DNA from: Pseudovirgaria hyperparasitica
Lineage: Eukaryota
DNA length: 64,000 nt
Reading direction: 5' to 3' (one strand)
Assembly (NCBI GenBank): GCA_010093815.1
Contig: ML996570.1
Shown here: in pieces, positions 48,847 to 62,474 of the stretch
Position numbering within the stretch: position 1 is the stretch's first letter
How the letters are laid out: every line of letters starts with the position of its first letter
Notes under the pieces: model-generated
Seen by the model: the letters and a program-made list of their open reading frames with translations, nothing else
Told to the model about the DNA's origin: nothing
Database searches by the model: none
Position numbers and translations under genes: made by a program

Positions 48847-49813
48847 ATGGGTGCCCAAAAGCCCCCAAAAGTAATCCTTTTTGACATCGGTGGCGTCGTG
48901 GTACGTCTCTTCTCCCCAACCCTCACACCATTTCTCTCACTCACCTCTCATCTTCAACATCCTAACATACTAATCCCAGGTTGTATCGCCCTTCCGCGCC
49001 ATCCTCCGGTACGAAACTACCCACTCCATCCCACGCGGCTGGATCAACACCGCCATATCCTTATCCGCGCCCAACGGCCAATGGCAACGTCTCGAGCGCG
49101 GCGAAATACCACTCGACGACGCCTACTTCACAAACTGGGCCAAAGACCTCGCACAACCACGCCCGGGCGCATGGCAGGCATACTGGGCCAAGGCGAACCC
49201 GGGCAAGACAGCCACCGACGCGCCGCCGCCGCCCGTCATCGATACGAAGACGATGTTCTGGGAAATGATGCGTGAGGCGCGGAGCCCGGATCCAAACATC
49301 TATCCGATGTTGTGTCGATTACGGGAGCTGACGCGGGAGCGGGAGAGGAAGGGAGAGGGGAAGCTTGTGATTGCGGCGCTGAGTAATGCGGTTATCTGGC
49401 CGCCGGGTATACGGGATCATAATGGTCAGGCGTTTGATCCCCGGTTACAATTCACGGACGCCGTGCCAATGCGGGCAGATGCGACGGTGGAGCAAGGAGC
49501 AGATGCGCAGGCGATGCCGAATTACTTTGATCTGTTTCTGCATTCAGCACTTATAGGGTTACGGAAACCGGATGCTGAGGTATATGCTTATGCGGTGCGG
49601 GCGCTGGACGAATATGCGCGTGGGAAAGGGGTGCAGGGAGGTGTGGAGGCGGGAGATATATTGTTCTTGGATGATATTGGGGCGAACCTGAAGGGGGCGA
49701 GGGAGGCAGGCATCAGGACAGTGAGGGTGAAACTGAACCATACCGACGAGGCAGTGCGCGAGGTCGAGGATATTCTGGGGGTGTCCTTGACTGGTGATAG
49801 AGCAAAATTATAG
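48847..49813 (+). CDS. HAD-like phosphatase (soluble epoxide hydrolase N-terminal type) with PTS1-like AKL
   Basis: ILFDIGGVV/VVSPF, AALSN, IGLRKPD, LFLDDIGANLKGA. Intron 48901-48979. Ends DRAKL*. Confidence 0.9.
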
Positions 49814-49925
49814 CAGAGGCCTGCTTTGAGGCTTAGAACACAATAGATTTAACTTGATATACAACCCTGAGAACTCCTTAGATGCAACAGATTCCAGAAC
49901 TAATGCGCCAGTCTTTTGCAGACGA

Positions 49926-51415
49926 TCAATCAGATCGCTTTTTCTCGTTGAACGGCATCCCGTACCCATATGAAGGAGTGTGTTGTGGTGGCTGTGGCTG
50001 TGGCTGTCCGTATGGGCTCGGGCCAGGACTGGAGTAGTCTACGTAACCGTTGCTCTTATACCCATTACTAGAGTACTCTCCGCTTTTGCGGCCCGTAAGC
50101 ACACCTTGGCTTTGTGCTCGACCACGCCCTCTCTTCAGCCATGTCTCATAAGCCCAGTCACCAATCTGATAGAACCATTGTCCTGCAACAAGTACACCAC
50201 TTATGACGTTCACTAGGCGTACGAGAAGAGCAAGAAGCCCGCCCCATTCCTCCGCAATAGTGAGTGTAATAGGCTCGATATCGTACTTCACGAAAATTCC
50301 GGGGACTGTGGATTCGCCTACAACATGCGATTGCTCCGTGACAGCATATTGATTTGTCCAGACTGTGTTAGATGAGCGGCCCCAAGAGTTGGAACTGCTA
50401 GGTGGCGTAGACGAGCCGAGGGCCTTTGATTCGGTAGTATAAATGGTCGGTACGATGGAAAGATAGTATTGAAACTTGTAGAAGTGTAGTTCGGTCGTTG
50501 CGTAGGTCTTGTCCAAGGGATTGATGAGAGACGGGTAGAATGGGCCGAAGGAGAGTTCGTTAATGTGATGCGAGAAGTTGAATGCTTCATGAGAGTGTCA
50601 GCAAATCTCAGCCGATAGTTAGTATACTGCGTGAGACTCACCATTATGATCTAAGTGTTCCCCAAACTCCATATACCCGTGCCCTCGCGCCGTGATATGA
50701 AAGTCACCCTGCACTTTGTTTCCCTCCAAACTACCATAAATTCTACACGCATCAGGCGGGCCCCTGAATCTCGGGGTCCTAGAGAACTTTTTCTTTCTGT
50801 TCGCCGCATGTAAATAATCATGTACGTCCTCCTCCATCTCCAGCTTCGGCTTGTCCTGCGCCCCATATCCCAGCTTGTGGGTATCGCGGCTCTGGCCCCA
50901 CTGAGACCATAGGGTAGAGTCTTTCTTTAATGTCTCTCCAGCTAGTATTCGGTCACCTGCGGCATCCTGTACGTTGACGTGGAGATCGCTGCACTTCATT
51001 GCTACTACAACATCCATGTTCATCTGCAGCGTATGTGAAACGCCTTTCTCGACACTGAAAGAATGCGTGGTGTCGCCCGCCCACCAGTGTGTAGTCTCAG
51101 TCATCATTAGGTAGGCGCATGTTGTGAGGAGAAGAACGGTGAGAGCGCTGCCATTGCGGGCTTTGGTCAGGTAGGTCGCCTTCGTTTTAGCTGGGAGACA
51201 TTAGCTCTGCTTCCATTAGAGAGGACGCGATTCGCGAGCGCAAGCTGTCTACGGAGGAGAAGAAAAGCCAAGCTATACAAGCCTCATCACAAACACGGCT
51301 TGTTGTGGAAGACAGTGATAAATGGGCACTTACGGAACGCATCAAAAGAAGCGACGATTCCCTTTGCAGGTGCAAAGTCGTCTGAATTGAGACGACTCTC
51401 GCTATAACTATCCAT
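49926..51415 (-). CDS. ERV41: ER-derived vesicle protein Erv41 (ERGIC2 family)
   Basis: SFDAF/PKTKATY, CSDLHVNVQDAAGDRI, ACRIYGSLEGNKVQGDFHITARGHGY, KFQYYLSIVPTIY, PGIFVKYDIEP. Two introns. Confidence 0.93.
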
Positions 51416-51711
51416 GATAGAGGTGTCCGATCCTATCTACACGAGTGCTGCAGACTATGTGTTGGACAAGTGTGGCATAGCAGGACAATGAGATGGGCGC
51501 ACTATCATTGTTCGCAGGCGTGTAGTTTCACGAAAGGACAGCTTGCGTAAAGCCACATCTGTGGCGCGGCTAGCGCCAAACTTGCGCTTTGACAGAACGC
51601 AACAGCCGGGAACCAACCACTTACTCGTACACACATAACAGTAGATGCTCTTTGTTCATAGTCCTTTCATGACTAGTAGCATCCCTTAGATATTCCTGTG
51701 TATGTCTCTAT

Positions 51712-52555
51712 CTATGCTCTCTCGTCATCCAACTGTCCATACTGCCCCTTCCCGTGAGTAGACGAGTAATCTCTCTCGTAGCCAGCATCTGCACCTCTAT
51801 CCGCATCTCTCTTCAATGCATCCTGCATCCCCCTTCGTCCAGGGTCGTTCTTCCCCCCAATGTCAGTAGTGTTGAAGCTCGCATTCGGCGCATCAGAGTC
51901 GAAGCCTCCCTCACTGATGTTTCGTCCCTTTGGCCGCCCCGTCTCCTTTGGATCGAATTGATCTTTGCGCTGGGCATCAATGTACGCCGGCGCAGCATCC
52001 ACGTTACTCGATCCATACCCCGAGCTACTATTCTTCCCGTACCCTGAATCAGTGGCCTCGCGGTCGCCGTATGACGATGTGCCAGTCGTGTGCTCAGATC
52101 CACTGGAGCCTTCTCCGCGTCCTCCACTCCCATAGCTCGAGTCATCCCCACCAGACGTATTCGTATTCCATGTCGGACCCCTTCCACCGTCCTTGCCCTG
52201 ACCAATCGTGGAATTCAGTTGGCGCGCCTCGTTCCATTCGCCCTGCGCGTTGCGAGCTTCGGCGTCAACGGCGGGGTCAAGGCGACGCGCATTAGACGTA
52301 TCGGTGGTATTCGTGGTTGTCCCATAGGACTTCTGGTCTGAGACATTGGCACGCTCATTGTTTGACCCGAAGTCGCCACCGGAACGGACAGATTCGCCGG
52401 CCAAGGAGTCCGAAAGGACGGTGCCGGCAGCTTCGCCGACGCGGCGCTGGGCCTCGGGATCGTTCGTCACCTAAATGCATCAGTACTGTATTTGCAAGGG
52501 TAACGTGTATAACTTTAGGGAGAGGGCAAGATACTTTTTGGCCGTAGGAAGACAT
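51712..52555 (-). CDS. Gly/Ser/Asp-rich hydrophilic (hydrophilin-like) hypothetical protein
   Basis: Exon1 MSSYGQK (52555-52535), intron 52534-52471, exon2 ORF 52470..51712 with DSLAGES and KPKGRNISEGGFDSDAPNASF-like blocks. Confidence 0.8.
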
Positions 52556-53228
52556 AGCAACTGATGGCGTAGGTTGACAGCTGTATAAAGTCCTTTTTAT
52601 CTTAGTGTAGAATAGTTGACAACGAGATGTCTCTATATCAACAGGTTACTGATGCAGAGGTTGTAGCACAAGCAAGGGCTGGTAAATATACCCGTTCCAA
52701 GCGCCCACCAAGGCTATATCCAAGAAGCTGACTGTCGCCAGCATGATGTCATTTGCCCCAGCATGCCCGGCTGAGGGCGGGGCATCTTTAAGCCTCCCAC
52801 CAGAAGGTTGGTTGGTTGGTTTGGCAACTGGATCCCCACGGAAGCACATCCACTAGCTCATGGACAAAGGCCTGCTTTATTCGCATTCCATGCCGATCCA
52901 TGCAATTTTGATCATGCTCAGGCACCGACTAATGCCATAATCACTGATCTCCTTCTCGCATCTCGATAACACTGTTCACGGCGTGGTAGAAACGTGCAGG
53001 ATCATCAAGTGGCGTTATAGTGTCACATAATTGGGGCTCTTGACCCGTGTCGAGTGATAGCATCTCACGGCTTCGAAATCAAGCTGTAGACGGGTCATGC
53101 TATAGATATAGATCGTTATGCCCAGTTCTGAAGTTAACATTGATCGATCCGATTAGATAGCACTGTATGATACATGCAGGTAGTCAAGTGTTCACAGCCT
53201 CAGCATCCTTCAGTATTGAATCCACATT

Positions 53229-53594
53229 TCACTTGTGTGCAGGATCACTCTTGCTTGGATATCCATAGTCCTCACCCCTCGTCTCCGTCGCCTTGCTCGA
53301 GTCTTTCGCTTTGCCAGCGAGGGCATCTGAAGGGAGACCTCCAGGCACGCGTCCGGCATGGAGACCAGCTGTGTTCGTCTTGGTGTCGCCACCATCAGTC
53401 CTCACTGAACTGTCTGCGGTAGCTGGGTTGCGCAGACCAGATTCAGAGGAGTCAGCAGAGATGCCACCAGAACCCACATTGACAGTGCGAGCATCTGAGG
53501 AGTTGAAGTCGGAGGCAACCGGTGGTTGTTCGGGAAGAGGAAGGTTGGCCTTGCGCTCTTCGATAATGTCGGCTTTTGATTGTTGTCCAGTCAT
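53229..53594 (-). CDS. Small hydrophilic hypothetical protein (121 aa)
   Basis: ATG-initiated ORF with coding-like bias, containing ERKANLPLPEQPPVASDFNSSDARTVNVGSG. Confidence 0.75.
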   Translation of the reverse strand: MTGQQSKADIIEERKANLPLPEQPPVASDFNSSDARTVNVGSGGISADSSESGLRNPATADSSVRTDGGDTKTNTAGLHAGRVPGGLPSDALAGKAKDSSKATETRGEDYGYPSKSDPAHK

Positions 53595-54643
53595 GGTGAT
53601 CGAGCCTCAAGACCTGTTAGATGTAGCGTGTCGACTAGAGGTGATTCTACTAACTTGTGAAAGCTTTGTCTGGTATCCTGCAGAGTGAATGTTCAAGATG
53701 TTCTCTTGGGGATGGAATGTGATTGCGGAGTGGGTTGTTGGAATGGAGAGGCGTGTGAGGATTTTAACTGAAAGTTTTGTATGGGTGTCAACAAAGGAAT
53801 GTGGGACCGTAAGCAATTCGATACGTGCGACCGGACGTCATTATGGAGACTCATCGAAGATTTCAAAAACCCATGCCCGCTTGCTACTTCCCCATGGCGC
53901 AAAACACCGAGAATTCTCCAAGATGACCATGACCACGTAACGACCTGCTGTATGTCCTGCGACTTAGCAACTTTAGACGATGATAGGGTCTAACCATTCC
54001 AGGCCCAGCTGGTTTTGAAGACTTCCATATACAGTTAGTCACCTTGCCTATCTGCTAACCTAGGAAGGAAATCCAAGCCGCAATAGATGTGCAGCTGATG
54101 CTAAGAGGATTCAAACTAGACTGATTGAAATGTAATATACTTTCGTGATAAACTTGAGTGAAATGACTCAAAGCAAATGTCCTATACCGTCGGGCTTGCT
54201 TCCATAAAGAAAATAGAAACGCTTAGATGATCAGCATGATCGTAAAAAACCATGCCCAGCCTTGGAATAATGTTGGTGACATTAAGTACGAGAGTAGTTG
54301 TGACAAGAAGATGAAAAACAACAGTTCACAATAGCTAGAAAATTTTTTGAAAGAGCGATGGGTATGAAAAACGCCTACTGAACAGCAACCACGACTGAGT
54401 CCTCCAATGCGTGTTGGCGACGTTACTCCATCACTAGAGCGAACGACGACATTTTGCCTCCTGCAATCTCCTTATAGCACCAAATGTACTGAGTTAAGGC
54501 GGTGTAGTGGGGAGAATGGCCTCAAATAAACTCCCAAATTCCCGAGGGGTACCTCTTCAACGTATGTCGATAAGTTCTCATTGCAGGATATCATGTCCGC
54601 CAGTCGTAACGCTTTTGAAAAAAATCATGGAGCAAGATGATCT

Positions 54644-55662
54644 TCAAGGTATAGCAGCCCATTGCCGAACGAACCAATCGCGAAAGGGCTCAGGTACGAT
54701 GTCTGGAGCTTGATGGTTTAGCCACTGCGATTCATAGTCAAAACGACCCTCGGCTGTGGCCAGTAGATTGTTGAAACGCCATAATTTGGCCGAGTCGCCA
54801 TTTATCTGAGCCAAGTTGATCTCATATATGAGTGTCTGAGGGTTGTGCCAGTTGACCCTGAGTTGCCGTCCTATGACGCTGTAAGTCTCGTGTTGACTAT
54901 CAAGCCTACAGTGTCCTTACCTCGAAGTAGCTGCACAAGTTGCGTGAGCTCTGCCACACTCATTCGATCCCCGCGCATTGTCAACTCCGTGGGCCATTGC
55001 TCCATATCCAATGCTCGAACAACGAACCGAGCCAAATCCTTTGCTGATATCATACAGACGAACGCCATGTTTCCAGCGGCATCATATGCTGGCGAATCAG
55101 CACAATTATTTCTGATATTTATCATGTAGTCTCCTTCGTTTGCAATGCCAGACCGCAAGCCCAAGTTGTATTGTATGAGCCCACCAGGGGCGAACCGCTC
55201 GTAGAGAATACCGCAGGTAAAGGTCGTTGTCTCAAGCCACGCACTGTAGGAGTTCAAAAGATATTGGGCAGCACTACTACCTCGATCTAATGGGTCATTT
55301 CTTACTCTACTGTTCAGTGTGCCTTCATATTCAGCAGGCACGAATCGCCTGACGCGAGTTTGCACTGCCGCCTCGATAAGTTGGAGCTGCTCTGGGCCTG
55401 TCACGGTGGAGATGACCGTATCAACGCCCATTAATGCGTGCTTAACAGAACTGATATCAGAATAGTCGATGACTTGTATCTGATACCCTTGATAAGTGAG
55501 GTGGGGTTTCGCCTGGGTTAACATTAGGTGCAACGAACCTTCTATTGGTGTATCACTCACAGAACGTGACAGAAGCACAAATTGATGGCTCGTATCCTCC
55601 TGCATTATGCTCGCCATGAGGAGAGCTAGACCTCCTGTACCTGCTATGGCGATACGCATCAT
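54644..55662 (-). CDS. NmrA/isoflavone-reductase-like atypical SDR
   Basis: MRIAIAGTGGLA, GVDTVISTV, VRRFVPAEY, DLARFVVRALD. Introns ~55560-55513 and ~54920-54871. Last exon ends RQWAAIP*. Confidence 0.85.
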
Positions 55663-58010
55663 CTTCGAATTTTTTATGGCACCGACCGGATAATTCAGTA
55701 GCGTCAGTAGATGTAGTGTGTTTCTTTCTGACCGAGTCTCTGGCTTATGTCCCATTTATATGACACTTTCGTTCGTATGGTGATATGATACCCTGTAGGT
55801 ACCAAGGGTGACACTTTGTGAGTTTGATCCTCGATGCCTTGTTGGCAGCGGCTCAGAATAGGAATGCGGTCAAAATATGACGCTACTGACGTAAACGTAT
55901 GAGGTCCTAGGCTGTTTAGAGGGTGAGGGAGCAGTTTAAAAATGGAATGACATGAATATCAGAGCAAACTTCGGTGATGGGCATGGACAGGGCCGAAAGA
56001 ATGCGAATTGGAGGCCACTTGAAAAGTGGAACGACGGAATGAGAATCCCTCACGGCTTCATTGAACCATGAGCTTGACTTGAAGAACGAAGATTGGCTAA
56101 ACAAGTGGCTAGGAAAGAAAGCGGCTCAGCTCGAATGAGCATTATACCTAGCAATGATACCTTATCGCCTTGAGTAGTAACACGAGCCTGCAGATGCCGT
56201 AGTCGAGGAACAACACCAATATCCCTGTGCTATATGCGGACAGGATGTAGGTGCTTTAGAATGCTTCTTCTTTCCCCACCGGTGAAGATACCTCCACAGC
56301 GCCAATGAATACACCAATCATCAATGTATATCGTGGGAGCACATCCATAGCCAGACGGCATCGAGAGACTGGTTCCGTGGTGTTGGGCACATTACTAGCC
56401 ACATCTTCTTTTGGAAAGAACGAGGCTGATGTCTAGGGAGGTAGAGTCGGTCTCGGGGGCTTCAGCGATTCGGGCGATCCACAGCCACCTTCGAATGTTT
56501 ACATCATTGGGTACCATAATTGACTTAGCGACGGGATGAGTAGCAGCAGGGGTCTCAAGCATGTGGCTCGTACTGCCCATGAGTGAATCCTACTACCTGT
56601 CCAGCTGGCCAACCTAAGATGCCGGCAACGCATATGGCTTGAGACACCACATGCCCGTGCGGGGGCCAGCAGCCTTAACGCTCGGTGGTATACAAGAGAA
56701 ATCCTTTCGGACGCACGTCTTTTACGGTATAGGATATAAAGGACGCCAAGCCATATCTGCCGCAACCAGAAATAGCACAGTGCGATCGCCAGTCTTACGG
56801 TCCGTCTAGACTCGAAGTATCTGGACGATACATGACATGTCTAGATCTCGTGATTGGGTCTTGAAAAATGACAATGAGCAACAATGACTTGATGAACCAT
56901 GACGAATGAAATGATGTGATATCTGCTGCCTGAAGACTTGAAATGATTTGAAGGTTGACGCCGCAGCAACACACAATGCCTGAGCGTCTCAACGGCCGTT
57001 AGAGTTTTAGCAATTTGAATTCCAACTGGCGTGCATGTAGACTTGCTCGGCCGAGGTAGAAAGCCAAGAACGGAACGAAGACAGAAAGACCCTGTCAGAG
57101 GGATATGAATCGGCGACGGTGAGAGGGCAGTAAGTAGCAAAAAGAAAGGTAGTCCGAGCTGAATAGGCCTGCAAGTCTTTCGAAGTAGTACACATGGCGA
57201 AGACAAGGCTCTCAACCGGTATCGTGAGCCAGAGTGTCTGCCAATGACTCCCTTAGGATGTGCAGACCCCAACAGATTTGTCGGGAGGTGCCGAGTTGTT
57301 TGGAGAGCAGCAAGGGGCCGGAATATCACAAGACTAAATGATCGACCCCAAACCATAGGTCAAGGAAAGGAAACATGACCGTTCAAAAGAATCAGACGGG
57401 AAAGCTGCCGCGATGTCATGGCGCATGGGGTATGTAGATGTAGCTTTTAGGCTAGGTATGATTGAGAAGTGGAAGCCCGAAGTGAAGTCCGATGCTGACG
57501 GGCAGTGCAGTTCAGCCGCAATGGAGTGTATTGTTATCCCCTAGTAGCGTGGGTCGCACGTAGGTTGCTTATGCCTGAGGCAGCATATCGCGCCCGCAAA
57601 CAAACGCGTAGAAGCAAGTCACAAAGTGACAAGGCTGGACAGGCCAATACATTCACTGATACTCCGTATATGCACGGTAGTTGTGAAGGCTCGAGCTACG
57701 ACCGACAAGTTCTCGTTTGACGCCATCACCTTTTGTGCAGGGCATTATTGTATCGATACACGGGCTTGTCCTATCCGGTGTCTATTTACATGTTTTGTTG
57801 ATTGTTAGCTCCAAGTCGCGACTACGTAACTAGATACGCGATGGTCAATGCACTACCACCACCACCGCCAACACCACTCTCTCAACCGGCTCGAGCCGCC
57901 GACACGTACAGCGCACTCTCTGCCACTCGTTCAGACTCCTTTTGAATACACAAACGGTCTTTGTATCAGTCTTCATTACTATCGTACTGTGCATCGTGTT
58001 TTGTATTGAC

Positions 58011-59838
58011 ATGTCACACGCTTCAGACCCCTCATCGTCCCAACCAGACGCTAGACTGCCCGCATCCTCGATATCACCAACACAAAGCCTTGCATTCGTG
58101 GTACACTCCCCGGATACAGTGCAGAACAACCTTCCACCCGATGTGGACAATAAACCACTGGCTCGTCAGAAACGCCGACGGACAAGGTAAGACTTGAGTC
58201 TCGTCGCAGATTGCAACCTGTACTCTCGAACGCGTTCGATGAATCTTACTAACGCGTGCGTCGGCAACATAGCAAGGAAGACGAGGAAATCCTTAGAGCA
58301 GAGTATGAGAAAAACTCCAAGCCAGACAAAGCGACGCGTCTGGATATCGTGAGTAGAGTGGCGCTCGGGGAGAAAGAGGTTCAAGTAAGCCAGCAGGCCA
58401 TGCATTAGCTTGTATAAGCGTCATGCTAACTGCACGTCTTCAGATATGGTTCCAAAATAGACGACAGAATGATCGACGAAAGTCGCGTCCGCAAAATTCT
58501 GATGTTCCGTCATCTGACCGGCTCGACTGCTCCTCGGATTATCAAGACAACATCGAGGACCACAATGAGATTCTCGAAGGCTGTGAGGTCGAGCCCAGTC
58601 TCAATGTGGATGCCCCTAGAACAGAGGAGATTAGAGAGGATGCAGATGCTGAAGATATAACGACAGGCACATCTTCGCAAAGGACTGGTAACGCAAGCTC
58701 GTTCACTCAATTGACGGACTCACAACCTACGTTCTCCTCCCAAGGTAACCAATTTCCTCTAAACAGACCCTCCGGATACATTGCGAACCGAAGGAGTGCA
58801 TCGTTTGTGAAGATATTCGAGGATTCATCTTCATCTCAGCCAACAACGGAAACGCATAAAACCGAAACGTCACAAGACTCGCGTCCCTTGCCACGCTCCC
58901 GTTCCTTTGTACGTCTATCCATGACTGCTGATGGCCAGGCGAAAGTTGTAACGGACGCCGATCAATCGCCGTCGCCTCCAAGACCGCAAGCTTCTTCCAC
59001 CACACCTACAGAGCGAAGCGGATCTCTGAGACGGAGCTACAGTGCTGCCGGCCTCCACGAGCGGTTTCAAGACGAAGAAGATCTCAGTCCTGCACCTAAA
59101 TTACTGAGGACGACTGGCTCCCACGGCAGATCTCGTGATTCGCGTACATGGGAGTTCTGGTGCGACAGCGATGCCCGCAAAGCTCTTGCCAACCAGGCCG
59201 ATCAAGAAGGTAAAGGATCAGCTGCAAATGCCATCAGTCTGATTCGGGCAAATAGTAGTGGCGCGTTACGCTCAACGCCTTCGAAAAGGAATATGATGTT
59301 GGCAAAGCAGTCATCGAGTAGGGGAGTCAAACCAGATGGGAAGAAGATTGGTGGTCCAGGCTTAACCCGGTTTTCAACGGCACAGGGCCGCTTGCACATG
59401 CAGTCCAGGCAACCAGACTTGACCAAAATGAAATCTAAGAAGAAGAAGGACGATGAATCAGAGGAAATCGAAATACTGAACACCGAATCCGACAAGGAAA
59501 ATTGGGAGCCTAATGATGTCCAAACAGCCCTTGGCTCGACCGAAACACGTCGTCACAATCAGGTATCTTCCGGCAGACGACCGCTTGGCGAAAACACGAC
59601 CATCATGAGTCAAAGCAGCAGTCTAGGCTCCATGATGAGACGTGAGCGAAAACCGAAGAGTCAACTAGGAAACAAAAGCATAGATGCCGAGAATATGGAT
59701 CCCGAGGATGACGAAGAAATTGCTCAATTCATGGGCAGCGCGAGACCAAGCAGCCCAAGAGCAAGTAGCCTCTCGAGTGGCGAAGATATGTCATGTGTTC
59801 AAGGCTTGCTGAAGTTAAGTCAAGGGAATTGGCGGTGA
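58011..59838 (+). CDS. YOX1: Homeobox transcription factor, Yox1/Yhp1-like
   Basis: Homeodomain split by introns 58187-58272 and 58385-58443: ARQKRRRTS-KEDEEILRAEYEKNSKPDKATRLDIVSRVALGEKEVQ-IWFQNRRQNDRRKS. Preceded by LAFVVHSP...PDVDN; C-terminal CVQGLLKLSQGNWR. Confidence 0.85.
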
Positions 59839-61798
59839 CCAGATTTGAGAAATGGTGTATCTGGAGATGAGGATCGGTCCGAAATGGCATAACGTGGCGT
59901 ATACATGGTGTTGAGGTCTGCGTAGTTTTGGCCCCATTAGTTGGATTGATGGCGAGGTGCATTCCTAAAATCGACATGGCGTAAGTAGTTGTATATCACT
60001 ATACATTACTTGATTCTTCCTCTTCTTATCTTTCTCTCCCGGCATGTATCGACCGGGCGTGCATTACACCGTGGGAACGTCGCAACGTATACTCGACCTT
60101 CAACTCCACATACCGTTAAACACAAAATTATAAATTCATTCGAGGCTATGGCCAAGACCAAGCCTAGTTTGGAGGTTAGCTCTGCAGTGAAAGAAAGGCC
60201 TGCACAGCCACCGCCTTGCCGACCCCACGCCCAGCCTATCAGCCTTAGCGCCTAGCCCCACGGACAATGATCCCATTTCAGACCCTAACAAACGGAAGGC
60301 AGCAATAACCGAAACGGCCGATATACATCACATCAGCCTCACTGACTTTGATCAGTGCCCCTGTCAGAAGGATGCTTGGCGTCACTAGCCACTGGTTCGT
60401 AGGATGCCTGACCCCTGATGCCTGATTTCTGATGCATGCTGCCTGGTCTCTCTGGCTGTAAGGTAATTATGATGAGCTCATTGCTCACCTCTCACCCACA
60501 TCCACGGCACGAGCAATCCTTCCCGCTGGCTGGTGAAATATACATCACCCATCCTCGATACGGCCGCACTATACACCAGCCACATCTCCAGCTGAGCACC
60601 ATGGGTGGCAGAGGCAGGATCGCATTCCTGGCCGTGCACGGCCGGAGTGTGTATTTCACTCGCACATCCTTTCGGAGCCCAACGTCTACTTTTTCTCGTT
60701 TGATAATTTGGGGGGATCAAAGCATAGCAGGCGCATGGTGTAGGAGTCATATCCTGGTCTCACGTTACTTACTACATAGTCACTTGTTTCATGGCGGTAG
60801 TTGCGCTTGGTGTGTGGCGTCCTATATGCATGCATGCATCCAGGATGGTTCGGATCGCAAAGCTGGATATGCATCAGTTCTAGCCACAGCTTCACGACGC
60901 GAGGACATACCAATCTAATCCATCGCTCGAGTCGGACTGTGGTGCAATCCGCGACATCTGCTGCCTGCGTCTCGGATCAATGTCAGACTCAGTTAGGCAT
61001 CGTCGTGGTTGGGCAGCAGGCACACTCACCTCACTGGGCATTTTTTTCAGGACGAGATAGAGGCCCGAATACCTCGCTTTGCACTTGGGGGCGTATACCT
61101 TAGACATCATACCATCACCACTGAAAGCCTGTGCCTGTGCGAAGGAGTTGTGTTGCGTCGTTCTTTGCGTTGCGTCATAGCCATCGGATGGTTCAGGGGT
61201 TAGGGTTGGTTCTTGCGAAACCACACACGGCACGGGACAATAGATGGCCCGACGACAACGTCCGACATACGACAAATCCGCTTTCAATGAAAGTTGTTGC
61301 CGTGGCTCTCTTTCTATCGCTGCACATACATGGCGCTGAGATCATAGCCTCTTGCCCCACACTCACGTCCACGCCAGTCCCACGTTTCGTCTTGACAAAT
61401 ATATTTCTTTACATGGTGCATCTCATTCATGCCCTCCCGTATTTCATGCGTCGTGGTTCATCTGGCAGTCAAATTTCTGCCCCCGCTCTCTCTCTCTCTT
61501 ATCTCCTTCTTCCACGCCTGAACAGGAGGGTTGTAGATCTGGTCTTAATAGTTGTCAAAACACCCTTACGGAATCTACAGATGTATCATATAGGCTTACT
61601 ATACGGGGGACAAGGGTCATCTAGTCTCGCCTGATTGTAAGCCCGTCAGATGGAATAGACTGAGTGTACATACGTACCTTGTCAGTATTAGCCATCACAT
61701 GACGAGTAAGACCGTCTGCTGTCTTGGGAGTTTTGTAAGGCGCGTAATGAAGGTTTCTGAGGAGATGGATGGGAATGATGTGCGTGATGATACAGGGT

Positions 61799-61830
61799 TG
61801 AGTGAGTGAGTGAGTGAGTGAGTGAGTGAG
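61799..61830 (+). repeat. (TGAG)8 microsatellite
   Basis: Eight perfect TGAG units; a short (GTAG)n run follows at ~61948-61970. Confidence 0.9.
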
Positions 61831-62474
61831 CGACTGCACGCTCGTCGAATTGTAAATCTTGGATATTATGATGGAATGGAAATGAGTATGAATGGTGAAG
61901 AGGTTTTGATGTACATGCCACCACCGTCGATTGTTAGACATACATCTAGGTAAGTAGGTAGGTAGGTAGGCACTGACTGAGTAGTCAACGTTCAGAAGGC
62001 CTGACGGTTACGCTACTTCTATGATACGACAATAGTCTTTGAGATCAGGTTTTTCGTGGCTGGTGATAGTGCCAGTGGGGAGATCAATGAATGATAACAA
62101 TAATTGTAATACTATGCAGCAGCAAAAGGAGGGGTCTTTGGTGGGTTGAGTCTCATGAATTGATTTGTCTTGCTACCAGCGCTCAAAGCAGCTCTCTCAC
62201 TAAGCTATGCTCTACAAAGAGTACATTTCGAATATAAACATGAAAATATTCGCCCTCGACCGGGGAGCTAATGTTAGAACTATACATATAAACGTAGGCC
62301 AGTTTTGTATACTGCAGCCCAACCAAGTCATGCCTGAACGCTTTGCAAGATTATGCTTTACTTGCCCAGTATTGCTTGCTCCGTGATGCCATTCTCCCCA
62401 CTAATGTCCGAATCCCAATGCAGATACTTGTTTATGCTATGTTCATAATGCCTGTCCATACTCCAGAGCTCTCC

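Noticed and set aside
51190..51333. C-box-like GTGATGA in a 7-bp hairpin in ERV41 intron 1 (possible snoRNA)
   Set aside because: No downstream CTGA D box within the intron.
59900..62400. Short ORFs between the YOX1-like and SREBP genes
   Set aside because: No coding-like composition or motifs; partly generated by microsatellites.
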